Assembly: GCA_951406725.2 (NCBI GenBank) | Contig: OX597820.1 | Coordinates: 14,446,001 to 14,510,000, forward strand | DNA from: Octopus vulgaris | Lineage: Eukaryota | DNA length: 64,000 nucleotides | Reading direction: 5' to 3' | Part shown: positions 1 through 14,118 of the stretch, one piece after another | Position numbering within the stretch: position 1 is the first letter of the stretch | How the letters are laid out: every line of letters starts with the position of its first letter | The notes under the pieces: model-generated | Told to the model about the DNA's origin: nothing | Databases searched by the model: none | The model's input: the letters and a program-made list of their open reading frames with translations, nothing else | Program-made: the position numbers and the translations under genes

Positions 1-237
1 CCTCCTTCCCTTTTTTTCGCTCGCTTTAAGCTACACGAAAAAAGAAAAAAAGTTACATATATATATATATATTGTGTGTGTGTGATATAATGTGATATAA
101 AATAAAAGGTAAAAATAGATAAATAAGAGAAGGAAAAAAAAAATATTTCCTTTTGATTGATACTGAGTAAAAATATACGAAATATACAAAGATGAAAGCG
201 CTGAAACACTACACACACACATACACACACGTGTATA

Positions 238-280
<43 letters not shown>

Positions 281-329
281 GTGTGTGTGTGTGTGTGTAT
301 ACATATATATATATATATGTATATATATA

Positions 330-625
330 TACGTGCGTGTGTGTATCAAATGCATGTATTTGTAGCGCGCGACGATATAAAGAGGGGGGGAGAAGGCATT
401 CAAAAGAAATTTGCGGTTTCCGATTATTTAAGGATGTTTGTATAATTTTTTTCCTGTATTTTTTTCCTTTTAATTATATTTTTATCTTCCTTAACCCTCC
501 CTCTTTTATCTTTTTTTTCTTCTTTCTTTTTAGTTCTATTTGTAAATCATCTTAAAATGTCGCTGTCATTTTTGTTGATATGCACACACACATATATATA
601 CATATATATATATATATATAATGAT
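330..625. repeat. ~295-bp direct duplication, copy 1
   Basis: gtgcgtgtgtgtatcaaatgcatgtatttgtag...aaatcatcttaaaatgtcgctgtcatt...taatgataata recurs nearly identically at ~1022-1318. Confidence 0.9.
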
Positions 626-677
626 AATATATGTATATATATATATGTATATATATATATGTTTATATGTATATATG

Positions 678-708
<31 letters not shown>

Positions 709-864
709 GTATGTATATATATATGTATATATATATATGTGTATATATATATATATGTATATATATGTATATATGTGTATATATATATATGTATATATGT
801 GTATATATATATATGTATATATGTGTATATATATATATGTATATATGTGTATATATATATATGT

Positions 865-896
<32 letters not shown>

Positions 897-929
897 GTAT
901 ATATGTATATGTATATGTATATATATATG

Positions 930-974
<45 letters not shown>

Positions 975-1021
975 ATGTATATGTATATATGTATATGTAT
1001 ATATGTATATATATGCACATA
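626..1021. repeat. (TA)n/(TATG)n compound microsatellite
   Basis: Continuous TA/TG dinucleotide tract between the two duplicated blocks. Confidence 0.95.
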
Positions 1022-1272
1022 TACGTGTGCGTGTGTGTATCAAATGCATGTATTTGTAGTGCGCGACGACGCAAAGAGGGGGGAGGCATTCAAAAGAAAT
1101 TTGCGGTTTCCGATTATTTAAGGATGTTTGTATAATTTTTTTTCCTGTATTTTTTTCCTTTTAATTCTTTTTTTTCTTCCTTAACCCTCCCTCTTTTATC
1201 TTTTTTTTCTTCTTTCTTTTTTAGTTCTATTTGTAAATCATCTTAAAATGTCGCTGTCATTTTTATGATATG

Positions 1273-1310
<38 letters not shown>

Positions 1311-1318
1311 GATAATAA
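1022..1318. repeat. ~295-bp direct duplication, copy 2
   Basis: Matches 330-625 with scattered substitutions and homopolymer length changes. Confidence 0.9.
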
Positions 1319-1600
1319 TAATGTCATACTTGGTATATATACGCTTTGACAAGTTATCACATATACGGATATATCCGTCCCCCGTCTCGCCTCCACCACC
1401 TTTTCTGTCCCCTTTCCCCGGCGCCCCATTGATCTCCTTTATATCTGCTTTTTAACTCCCTACTAAATACATATTTATTGTGCGTCTGGTTCGTGGTTTT
1501 GGCCATTCTGGGGCACGGCTATACATTCCAATCTCTCTTTTTTTTTTTTTCCCGTATGTAATATGTTCATATGTGTGGGATCAAACAGAAAAAGATCGTT

Positions 1601-1603
<3 letters not shown>

Positions 1604-1699
<96 letters not shown>

Positions 1700-1735
1700 G
1701 TGTATGTATATATGTGTGTATATGTGTATATATAT

Positions 1736-1767
<32 letters not shown>

Positions 1768-2100
1768 GTGTGTGTGTATATATATATGTGTGTGTATATG
1801 TGTATATATATATATGTGTGTGTATATGTATATATATGTGTGTATATGTATATATGTGTGTGTGTATATGTATATATATGTGTGTGTGTATACATACATA
1901 TATATGTATGTGTGTATACATACATATATATGTATGTGTGTGTATACATACATATATATGTATGTGTGTGTATACATACATATATATGTATGTGTGTGTA
2001 TACATACATATATATGTATGTGTGTGTATACATACATATATATGCATGCGTGTGTATATATATAGGTATATATGTGTATAAGTGCATATATATAAAATGC
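1604..2100. repeat. (TG)n/(TA)n microsatellite with higher-order unit gtgtatacatacatatatatgtat
   Basis: Unit visible several times between ~1885 and ~2043. Confidence 0.9.
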
Positions 2101-2546
2101 ATACTTTTATATATTTTTATATGAATATATACATTTATATTGCATGTTATGCGATTATTTACTTGTATATATACCTCGTGTACTTTTACTCATATCTTAC
2201 ACACACACACACACACACATACACAAAATAATTACGTGCACACCTTTTTACGGCACATCTTAATTGGAAAAATATAATCGAGGCGCCACTAGGTATTATT
2301 TACTGAGAGTTAAGTGCGCCCTACAATTAATTTGTTGAGTGAGCTGTGACTAAATATGTCCATACAAAGATGGATAAACATTTAAACAGACATTCTGAAT
2401 AATAATAAGTCACATGACGAAAACATTCTCATGTTTCTACCTGTCTCTTTTTCTGTAGCTAGCTCCCTTCATCACAAATCTGGCTAGGGATACTGCCATA
2501 TACTTTAATGTAAAGAATATACTCGTGTTTTATATTTGTATATGTC

Positions 2547-2885
2547 TGGCTGTGAGGTAAGAAGTTTCCTTCACAACCACATGGTTCTGGGTTCAGTCCC
2601 ACTGCGTGGCACCTTACCTTGGGTCAGAGTGTCTTCTACTTTAGCCTCAGGCCGACCAAAGCCTTGTGAATGAATGTGGTAGACAGAAACTGAAAGAGGC
2701 CCCTCATAAATATTTGTGTATATCATATACTATAATATATGTATAAACGTGTCTGTCTGTTTGATCCCTTCCTCCGGGGTGGTGGTGGCGCAGCGGCTTG
2801 ATAACCGATGTTGGTGTGTTTACGCCCCCCGTAACTTAACGATTCAGCAAAAGAGACTGATAAAATAAGTTACCAGGCTTTCAAA
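2547..2885 (+). mobile_element. tRNA-derived SINE family B, diverged copy
   Basis: ggctgtgaggtaag...ggttcagtcccactgcgtggcacc...gaccaaagccttgtg...aaaagagactgataaaataag, homologous to the copy at 23698. Confidence 0.85.
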
Positions 2886-2965
2886 GAAAACATCAATGGC
2901 ACTTGCATAAGTTCATTAGCAACACAGGTGAAAGTTTAAAATGTGGGAGGTATTTCTGCTGCACC

Positions 2966-3021
<56 letters not shown>

Positions 3022-3059
3022 TCTCGGTCACGGATATATATCATATGATATATATATAT

Positions 3060-3327
3060 ATCACGTGACCGACCAAACCATCAGATGTTGTTACACATCG
3101 CTGGTCACAATGCGTTCGCATTGTTTTAGCCTTCGAATGACGCCATCCCACTGGCTAAGCGAGCAGGCCAACAGAAGAAAGAGTGGTGAAGGAGTACAGC
3201 AGGGATCATCACCCCCTGCCGGAGCCTCGTGGAGCTTTTAGGTGTTTTCGCTCAATAAACACTCACAACGCCCGGTCTGGGAATCCAAACCGCGATCCTG
3301 CGACCGCGAGTCCGCTGCCCTAACCAC
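3060..3327 (-). mobile_element. tRNA-derived SINE (third family, J)
   Basis: Minus strand starts agtggttagggcagcggactcgcggtcgcaggatcgcggtttggattcccag (A-box and B-box-like); a diverged body fragment recurs at ~62750-62855. Confidence 0.7.
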
Positions 3328-3514
3328 TATATATTTATATAGCGCGCACACACATATATATACGTGAATGTGTGCCGTTCTGTGCTTTTTGTTCTTAAAA
3401 TAATCTCTTGGAGAAAAAGAAACTTGTTTTCCCCTTAGTAAAAACCCAGTGTAATCTATTATTTGCAAAAACTGGACACAAGAAAAATGACACAGTCTCC
3501 GGTGAACGTCTCGC

Positions 3515-4686
3515 TATTAATATTTTCTACTCTAGGAAGAAGACGCGAAATTTTGGAGAGGGGGGTGGCTGTCAATTAGATCGACCCCAGTACGTAACTG
3601 GTACTTAATTTATAGACTGGGAAAGGATGAAAGGCAAAAATCAACCTCGGCGAAATTTCAACTCAGAACGTAGATTCAGACGAAATACCGCTAAGTATTT
3701 TGCCAGGCGTGCTAACGTTTCTTATTTCTTTATTGCCCACAAGGGGCTAAACATAGAGGGAACAAACAAGGACAGACAAAGGGATTAAGACGATTACATC
3801 GACTTCAGTGCGTAACTGTTACTTAATTTATCAACCCCGAAAGGATGAAAGGCACAGTCGACCTCGGTGAAATTTGAACTCAGAACGTAGCGGCTGGTGA
3901 AATACTGCTAAGCATTTCGCCCGACGCACTAACGTTTCTGCCAGCTCACCGTCTTCGTCTCGCTATTAATAAAAATAATCTTTCGATTAGATCGTACTGG
4001 TGTCAATCTAATCGATTGGCCCACTCCCCGAAAGTTTCGGGCCTTGTGCCTAAAATAGAAAAGAATAGGCACAAGGCCTGGAATTTGGGGTGGGGTAGTC
4101 GATTTCATGAAACCGTGTTTCACTGGTACTTCATTAATTCATTAACCCTGAAAGTATAAAAGGTAAAGTCGACCTCGGTGGAATTTGAACTCAGAACGCA
4201 AAGACGGACGAAATACTGCTAAACATTTCGTCCCGCGTGCCAAATAATAATAATAATCCTTTCTTACTATAGGCGCAAGGCCTGAAATTTGGGTGAGAGG
4301 GATAGTCGATCATATCGACCCCAGTTCTTGAGTGGTACTTAATTTATCGACCCCGAAAGGATAAAAGGCAAAGTCGACCTCAGTGGAATTTGAACTCAGA
4401 ACGTAAGGACGGATGAAATGCCGCTAAGCATTTCGCCCGGCTTGCTAACGTTTCTTATTTCTTTACTGCCCACAAGGGGCTAAATACGAGGGGACAAACA
4501 AGGACAGACAAATGGATTAAGTCGGTTATATCGACTGCAGTGTGTAACTGGTACTTAATTTAATCGACCCCGAAAGGATGAAAGGCAAAGTTGACCTCGG
4601 CGGAATTTGAACTCAGAACGTAAAGACGGATGAAATGCCTCTAAGCATTTCGCCCGGTGTGCTAACGTTTCTGCCAGCTCGCCGCT
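3515..4686 (-). mobile_element. Cluster of ~5 same-orientation SINE A/A' units plus one inverted fragment
   Basis: Repeated cgaaaggatgaaaggcaaagtcgacctcggcggaatttgaactcagaacg; tails tatttctttattgcccacaagggg (A) or (AAT)n-cctttc...aggcctgaaatttt (A'). Confidence 0.9.
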
Positions 4687-5340
4687 TTAACAAGTTTCTT
4701 TTGTTGGCCTCAAGGGTCCATCATGACATAGAAGACGACAATGAAGAGACGATTGAATAAGAATTAATGTTTCAAGTTTTGGCACAGGGCCGACAGATTT
4801 GGAAGGAAGGAAGGGACTGGCTAGTCGATTACATTGATCCCAGTACTGGTTGTACGGATTTCATCGACCCCGAAACGATGGAAAATTGGTGGTGGTGGTG
4901 GTGGGAACGAAATATTAACGGTAATATCAAGAACAAACGTATGTATGCTGGTGCGTATGTATGTATATATGGTCTTTGTGTTTGTATGTGTGTGCGCTTA
5001 TATACATGCACTTATCTCTCTCACTTTCTGGCTATGTCTCTCTCTCATACATACACACACACATATAATATATATATATATATATATACATACATACACA
5101 CACACACACACATGTCTATCTACCTATATATACATGTCTCTCTCTCTCTCTCTATATATATTATAGAGTTACACACACATGTCTATCTACCTATATATAT
5201 ATACATGTCTATAAATATATATATGATAGATCTGCACACATGATATATATATATATATATTATATATACATACATACATACATACACACACACACGACTA
5301 TCTACCTATATGTACATGTCTTTGTGTCTGTGTGTGTGTG

Positions 5341-5430
<90 letters not shown>

Positions 5431-5515
5431 AAAAGAAAAGATCCATATATATATATATTTATATATATGTATCTATCTATCCGCGCACGCACACACACGA
5501 CGACGCTAATGTTAA

Positions 5516-5568
<53 letters not shown>

Positions 5569-6321
5569 GTAATGTACACGGTGTGTAGTGTGCGTGAAGG
5601 TGTTGATTTCTCTTTTAAACGCTGTGCCATGTAGCATGACATCGTTTTCCGGAGATCACAGTTGAAGTCGGAATCTCCCGTATTCCTCCTTCCCCCCATC
5701 TCTCCACCACTCCATCCTGTATTGTCTATAACCACGGAAGCTTGTTAGATTACTATAAAATTGCTTCTTTATTCCCACCTTCCTCGTGGCTCTCTTTAGA
5801 GCTGGGTTTTTTTTCCTTCTCTTTCTGTTTATTCCGTGGCTTTTTTTTCTTTTCTTTTTGACGGCATATATTGTTATTTATTTTTATTTTTATACACTCT
5901 TTTCTTGTTCGTTCGTTTATTATTTTTTCATACATTCTTAAAACACACATACACACAAACACACACACGCATCGTGTGTGTGTAGTTTAGTTTCCAATCT
6001 GTGAGCGATGCGTGTCTGTGAATGTGTCAAGGCGCATGTTACGCGGAAGTAAATGCGGCGGGAAATGTTGAGAGAAAGCCGTGAACCAAATCAATCCGGA
6101 CATTACACATAAAACACACGCAGGCATATATATATATACATCGCCGTGTGTGTGTAGAGGGGGTGGTGGTGGTGTTTGTAGTGTATATATATATATATAT
6201 ATAGACAGAAGTGTGCGTCTGTTGAGGGCGTTTGTGGTGTATATATAAAGACTGAAGATTTCGTGCGCGTGTATAACCGTAGTTGGGAGTGTTTACGCGT
6301 ATGCGTATATAATTCTAGTGC

Positions 6322-6374
<53 letters not shown>

Positions 6375-6549
6375 GTCTGTGTTTAGTGAATATGTGCGCG
6401 TGTGTATATATGTATGCAGTGAATACGTGCACGTGTGTATATATATATATGTGTGTGTGTATATATGTGTATATATATATATGTGTGTGTGTGTATATGT
6501 ATATATATATGTATATATATATGTGTATGTATATATGTGTATATACATG

Positions 6550-6590
<41 letters not shown>

Positions 6591-6632
6591 ATGTGTGTGT
6601 ATATATATGTATGTGTGTGTGTGTGTGTGTTT

Positions 6633-6860
6633 AAGGCGGCGAGCTGGCAGAATCGTTAGCACGCCGGGCGAAATGCGTAGCCGTATTTCGTCTGCCGTTA
6701 CGTTCTGAGTTCAAATTCCGCCGAGGTCAACTTTGCCTTTCATCCTTTCGGAGTCGATAAATAAAGTACCAGTTTCGCACTGGGGTCGATGTAATCGACT
6801 TAATCCATTTGTCCTTATTTGTCTCCTCTATGTTTAGCCCCTTGTGGGCAATAAAGAAAT
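6633..6860 (+). mobile_element. Full-length tRNA-derived SINE family A
   Basis: Head ggcggcgagctggcagaatcgttagc (A box) and gagttcaaattcc (B box); central gcctttcatcctttcggagtcgataaataaagtaccag resembles a conserved central SINE domain (Meta/Nin-type, unverified); 3' end gccccttgtgggcaataaagaaata. Confidence 0.9.
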
Positions 6861-7558
6861 ATATATAAATATATATATGTATATATATGTGTATGTAATG
6901 TATATCGTGTGTGTAATGTTTGTGACTGTATTTATCAAACACAATATATTTTAACCATGAAAATATTTAAATAAATGTCGCAACACACAGACACTCACAC
7001 GCGGTGTGTGTGTGTTTGTGCGTGTGTATATAATCTGTATTGTGTGTATATCGTGTTAAATTCGCTTCAGTGATCATGTAGTTCTGTAATTGATACTGCC
7101 GACTCTATTTTCTTTTGTTATATCAAAACCCACCTCTTCCCTACATTTTTTCCCTTCCTTCTATGCTATCATAAATTGATATATAAGTTGACAGGAGATA
7201 AATAATAAAAAAGAAATATATATATATTTTAACACACAAAAATATCTTCAATAACATCCCCCCCCTCTACTTTTTCTATATTATTTTATATTATATTTTT
7301 ATTTACTTATTTATACGCATCTGTACACATGGCTTAATAACAGGCAAACATATTCGCAGATAAAGACACGATGAAATTGCCGTGTTTGTGCCTGTAATGA
7401 GCGATATACAACTTCGCGTGTTATGGGCTGCGGCCATGCTGGGGTAATTGTTGACTTATTTTGTCGATATATATCGCCTTTTGGAATTAATTGCTTACCG
7501 ATTGACATATGGACTACAAGTCGCCTCATCTATCTACATATCTATCTATTTATCTACA

Positions 7559-7598
<40 letters not shown>

Positions 7599-7799
7599 CT
7601 TTGATACTTATATACATACAGTTATATATATATATATATAAGTATTAGATGGTAAAATTTTTTTTTTCATTTCGTTCCTTTCGGAATTTTATCCCTAATT
7701 TTGTGGTTTTAGAACCTAGCTGTTCTTTCTAGCGTGATGAATCCCATGAGTGGATTCCTCTTATGTGTATAAAATGTACACTGTATTTTATGAGTACAG

Positions 7800-7820
7800 T
7801 TATGTGTGTGTGTATGTATG

Positions 7821-7895
<75 letters not shown>

Positions 7896-8295
7896 CAATA
7901 TATATATATGCATACAATTATATATATGTATATGATTGATATATATGCATATACATATATATAATATATATATATATATATACACATACAATTATATATA
8001 TGTATATATATATATGCATACAATTATATATATGTATATATATATACATACAATTATATATATGTATATATATATATATATACATACAATTATATATATG
8101 TATATATATATATACACATACAATTATATATATGTATATATATATATATATATATACACATACAATTATATATATATATATATATACACATATATATATA
8201 TATATATTATATATATATACACATACAATTATATATGTATATATATATATATATACATACAATTATATATATGTATATATATATACACATACAAT

Positions 8296-8327
<32 letters not shown>

Positions 8328-8580
8328 TACAATTATATATATATATATATATACACATACAATTATATATATATATATATATACACATACAATTATATAT
8401 ATGAATATATATATATATACACATACAATATATATATGTATATATATATATATATATATACATACAATTATATATATGTGTATATATATACACATACAAT
8501 ATATATATATGTATGTGTATGTGTATATATATATATATATATACACATACATACAATTATAAATGTGTATATAATATACA
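7800..8580. repeat. Minisatellite of catacaatta embedded in (TA)n
   Basis: catacaatta repeated many times, separated by variable-length TA runs. Confidence 0.9.
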
Positions 8581-8707
8581 TACAACTATCTATCTATATA
8601 TATATCTACATCTATATATACATATATATATATATATCATACTATGTGTGTGTATATATATATATATATACATCTATAAACATTTATACACATCTATATA
8701 TGCACAC

Positions 8708-8708
<1 letters not shown>

Positions 8709-8775
<67 letters not shown>
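8709..8775. repeat. (TATC)n microsatellite
   Basis: Perfect ctat repeats. Confidence 0.95.
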
Positions 8776-8776
<1 letters not shown>

Positions 8777-9154
8777 ATGGATAGCGCTGAAGTATGAGAG
8801 TGTTTAATAAAATTCACATAAATATGTGTCTCTGTCACTTTGAGTTTGATTACATTAGTTCTAATTATGTCCCGAAACCTAGCGTTTGGAGATATAAAAT
8901 CGATAAAATAATTAACAACCAATTTAAGTAATAGGACAGACGGCACTGTCCCAGCGCGGCCGCAGTTCAATAAATGAAACTAGTAAAATAGCTAAAACTA
9001 ATAAGAGTAAAAGACACACTTTGTGTGTGTGTGTGTGTGTGATCTTTCGATATTGGTCTACAGAGTATCGGCATGAGGAGATGATGTTATTCACCCCTGT
9101 TTTTTTTTTCAGCTTCGCCTTTTTATGTCATGAGGGAAGGTTATGTATGGGTGA

Positions 9155-9164
9155 ATGACGTCAT
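9155..9164. promoter_or_regulatory. Perfect CRE palindrome ATGACGTCAT
   Basis: Exact ATF/CREB consensus; function is unproven. Confidence 0.3.
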
Positions 9165-9186
9165 GTACCAATACCGAAGGATTGCC

Positions 9187-9359
9187 ATATGTATGTGTGT
9201 ATATATATGTATATATATGTATGCATATATATATATATATGTATGTATATATATATATACATGAATGTATATATATGTATGTATATATATATATATATGT
9301 ATGTATATATATACATATATGTATGTATATATATGTATATATATATATGTATATATATG

Positions 9360-9408
<49 letters not shown>

Positions 9409-9431
9409 GTGTATATGTGTATATATATATA

Positions 9432-9470
<39 letters not shown>

Positions 9471-9489
9471 GTATGTATGTCTGTATATA

Positions 9490-9528
<39 letters not shown>

Positions 9529-9593
9529 ATATATATGTATATGTGTATATATGTATATAAATGTATGTATATATGTATATAAATGTATGTGTG

Positions 9594-9650
<57 letters not shown>
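9187..9650. repeat. (TA)n/(TG)n microsatellite
   Basis: Dinucleotide tract. Confidence 0.95.
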
Positions 9651-9652
<2 letters not shown>

Positions 9653-10097
9653 CGATGTGCTATATTTATGTAGTTCACAGTAGTGTGTGGTGTACGTGTC
9701 GGCAAAGTCTTTAAAATGTCTTTCACTTTACTCCTTTTAACAACGAATCGAGAAAGAGTAGATAGATGGAGGTTGAAATTGCGAAGATCAGAAACTAATG
9801 ATAATAATAAAAATAATAATAATAAAGGGAATATCTATGAAAGATAGTAAAGCCATAAAAAAATATTCCTGAAAGAAAGAGCCACGACTATGGTGTGGTC
9901 TTTGACGGGACGGAGATGGGATAAGGGTGAAATAAGGAGTGTCCCGAGAGGGGGAGGAGGCACGGAAACGGCTCCAAAAAGAATAAAATAAAGAATACAC
10001 AGAACGGTGCAGAAAATTGCTCTGCGGGAGTGGCGCGCAAATTGTGTCGGTTCCGTCGCATGGTTTTTATCATTGTTTTATTATCTGCACACACCCT

Positions 10098-10155
<58 letters not shown>

Positions 10156-10361
10156 CGTTTACATTACCCCCCCCCCATTTTTATTGGTTCTAGGCTCTCA
10201 TTCTCTCTCTCGTTCTCCATATCTCTTGTCATACATTTATTTCTAGCACGATAATGTATGTATGTTATGTATGCGTATATGTGTATTTGTGTATGTGAAT
10301 GTGGATGTATGAGTGAATGTGTGTATATGTATGTTTGTGCAATTTTGTAGGTGTATGTGTA

Positions 10362-10392
<31 letters not shown>

Positions 10393-10702
10393 TTCATACA
10401 CGTACGTATATATAGTGCATTGTAGAATAAACGTCACTTTGAGCTTAGAAAACTGCAAAGCTGATATCGTATCCACATACGCACGCACACACATTCACAA
10501 ACGTGTATGTATTACATGTGTGCGCTTGTTTTTATTCGTACACAAAATTTACGTTTATACACACACACACAAGCACATATACGCAAATACATATATACGA
10601 TATTCATACAAACACACACATACAGATACACGCACAAACACATATTCACGCACACAGTCACACAAACACAGATATGTACATCACACGCACAGATATATAC
10701 AT

Positions 10703-10741
<39 letters not shown>

Positions 10742-10795
10742 AATATATAAATACACACACACACACATAAATATATATATAAATATATATATAAA

Positions 10796-10827
<32 letters not shown>

Positions 10828-11588
10828 CATACACATATATACATATAACACATATACACATACATATACACATATATACATACAACACACATACATATAC
10901 ACATGTACATACTCACATATATATATATATATACATGCACATATACATATACACACAAGCATATATATATATACACGCACGCTCGCGCGCAAATACATGC
11001 ACACAGATTACACACACACACACACACACACACGCACGCACGCACACTCCCGTTCTCGCGCGCGCACTTGTGCATATATACACCCGTTCGTCGTTAATGG
11101 CTGTTGGCGCTAGCCAGCCAACTGCGTCTTAATGTCAATACTCTTTTGAACTTGGCCCTGTCTAGTCAGATATTTTTTCCCGTTCCCCTCAACTCCTCCT
11201 TTAACATCTTTTTTCTACTTCTTCACGTCGATCGTATTTCTCGGCTTCTTTTTTTCTTTCTTTCTTTTACAATTTGTTTTTTAATCGCAGACTTCTTTTC
11301 TTTTCCTTTTCTCTTCTCCTTTTTTTTTCTCTCACGAGTTCCCATCCACCGCCAACACTTCCATCGCCTCTTCACGTCCGGCCAAACCAACCCCAAACTC
11401 TTCCGTTCTTTATCCAACCCCGTCGTTTAAATAGCGTGTTTATTTGTATGTTTATTGCTTTATTGAATACGCTCTACGTACGTACGTACGTACGTATGTA
11501 TATATGTATACACGTATGTACAACTGCAAATATAAAGTGTTTATACGTTACACGCATATGACTGCGAATACAGTTTTTTTATACATAC

Positions 11589-11646
<58 letters not shown>

Positions 11647-11840
11647 GTGTGTGTATGTATGTAAAATGTGGTTATTTGTACGTATGTGTGTGTCTGAATA
11701 AATCACTGTTGACGAAAATTCGAAGTTACTATCAAATATTGAATATATTGAACTCACTGTGAGCACTTATTGAATCCTACATTCAATATAAATTATTTCT
11801 GTTTCTGAAAAACCACTTTATCTTAAAATATTACATGTGG

Positions 11841-11936
<96 letters not shown>

Positions 11937-12077
11937 TTATACATATATATATACATATAATTTATACATATATATATATATACATATACATATATATATA
12001 TGTACACACATATATATACATATTCCAAATATTCTTTTTATATATACATAACATACATGCATACATACATGTTTGTT

Positions 12078-12152
<75 letters not shown>

Positions 12153-12322
12153 AACGTGACCCCGTAAACTTCGGAGCAATATGTCGGTGCGTATGTAATT
12201 TACATGCAGTCATCAACCGGCAGTATCTAATCTTTGCTTGCTTTTTTTTTTTTTAAAGAGATTTTTTTTTCCTCTTTATTCTTGTTTTTTAAATATAAGT
12301 AAGTTACCCACGCACACAACGG

Positions 12323-12367
<45 letters not shown>

Positions 12368-12615
12368 TCCCACCACATAAATGTCTACTGTACATAAACG
12401 CAGAGCGATTAACGCTCGCACATGCATCCATGTGCGTGTGTATTGATGTGTAATAAGCTGTGACGGCGTCGTGGTCGTTTAAAAGTGTGCACTTGCTCAT
12501 TCTCTGCTCTGGTTACCGTGACTGCCAAACCCCCGCCCCCCCCCTCTCTCTCTCTCGACTAGATCACACGCAGCGATTAGTGTACGCTAGCAAGGCGAAT
12601 GTCTATGTGTGTGTA

Positions 12616-12690
<75 letters not shown>

Positions 12691-12729
12691 ATTATAGATG
12701 CGTATTTATGTATGTTTATATATAATTTT

Positions 12730-12770
<41 letters not shown>

Positions 12771-13119
12771 TGTAAGTGTGTATATATATATAGGCATATA
12801 TGTGCGTAATGTATATGCATGTGTGTGTGTGTGTATATATATATATACGTTTGTATGCATGTGTGTATGTATATGTGTGAATATGTAGATATGCGTGTGT
12901 GTATAAATATGTATATGTGTGTGTGTATATATAAATACGTTTGTATGAATGTGTGTATGTATATGTGTGAATATGTAGATATGTATATATGCATGCGTGT
13001 GTGGTATAAATATGTATATGTGTGTGTATGTATATAATTTTGTATATTATATATATGCATGTAGATATGTATATATGCATGTGTGTGTGTGTATCTATAT
13101 ATACATACGTTTGTATGCA

Positions 13120-13159
<40 letters not shown>

Positions 13160-13379
13160 GATTTGTATATTATATATATATATATATATATGCATGTAGA
13201 TATGTATATATGCATGTGTGTGTGTGTGATCGTTGCTTGTCTCCGCCGTGTGTTGATAGTGCAGTGGATGTATATGTGTCTGTATGTATAATGTAACAGT
13301 GTATGTGTGTCCGTATGAATGGACCTGTCTCTCTCTCTATGTGTGTGTGTGTGTGTGTACAGATGAATATGGAGGAGGA

Positions 13380-13820
13380 GGAGGTGCAACATCGGTAGCA
13401 GTGTTGGTGGTGGTGGGGGGTAAGATAAACGGCAGCGGTGGTATAAATGCAGAGAGGGAGGAGCAGGAGGCAAGGCAGGCAGGCAGGCTGACACTGTCTG
13501 TGCGCGTAACGAAGAAAGCGGCGATGACGACGACGATGACAACGATTCCCGCCTTCTCTCTCTTCTTCTCTCTCTCTCTCTTCTTTCTCTTAATATAAAA
13601 GGTCGGAACGTAACGAACGGAACGGAACAGCATGACGCTTCACGGCGCGCCTCCCGTGATCCCTCCCTCTTTCTCTGCGTGGGAGCGCGCGCTTTATCGC
13701 TTCGTTTAGCCCTCCTCTCACCGCCGTCAACCACCACCATCGCCACCACCTTATCTTTTCTGCTCCTTGCTTTTCATTCATTTCCTTCTCCGTTTCGCCG
13801 CTTCTCTTCCGTCCGTCCTT
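13380..13820 (+). promoter_or_regulatory. Putative CpG-rich promoter / TSS region
   Basis: Appears to be the densest non-TE CpG patch; TATAAAAG at 13594-13601 followed by cggaac repeats and tgacgc; downstream + strand is strongly pyrimidine-rich (CT repeats). Confidence 0.45.
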
Positions 13821-13983
13821 CCTTCCTTTTTGACACTTTTGTTTTACTTCTTTTTTACCTTCTTTTTTTTTTACTTCTTTTTACCTTCTTTTTTATTACA
13901 TCTTTTTAAACTTTTTTTTTTCATTTTTCGCTCTCGTCATCGTCGTCAATAGTTTTTCTGTCTCTCTTTCTCCCTCCCTTCTC

Positions 13984-14118
13984 TTCCTCAGTTCCGTATG
14001 CATCTCTCTTTTTATCTCCCTCTCTTCCGTATGCATCTCTCTTTCTCTCCCTCTCTTCCCCAGTTCCGTATGCATTTCTCTCTCTCCCTCTCTTCCTCAG
14101 TTCCGTATGCATCTCTCT
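13984..14118 (+). repeat. 4-copy tandem repeat with core ttccgtatgcat
   Basis: Core at ~13992, ~14025, ~14064 and ~14101, separated by CT-rich spacers. Confidence 0.9.

Noticed and set aside
6633-6725. tRNA gene candidates at the heads of SINE A, B and J
   Set aside because: A/B boxes are present but there is no complete cloverleaf, and each head runs into a SINE body found elsewhere in the window
209-13300. Dozens of long ORFs rich in Y/I/H/T/C/V/M
   Set aside because: They are translations of (TA)n/(TG)n/(CA)n microsatellites that lack stop codons in several frames
12706-13749. 347-aa minus-strand ORF, the longest in the track
   Set aside because: More than half is microsatellite and the rest is low-complexity GC-rich promoter-like DNA; no domain was recognised
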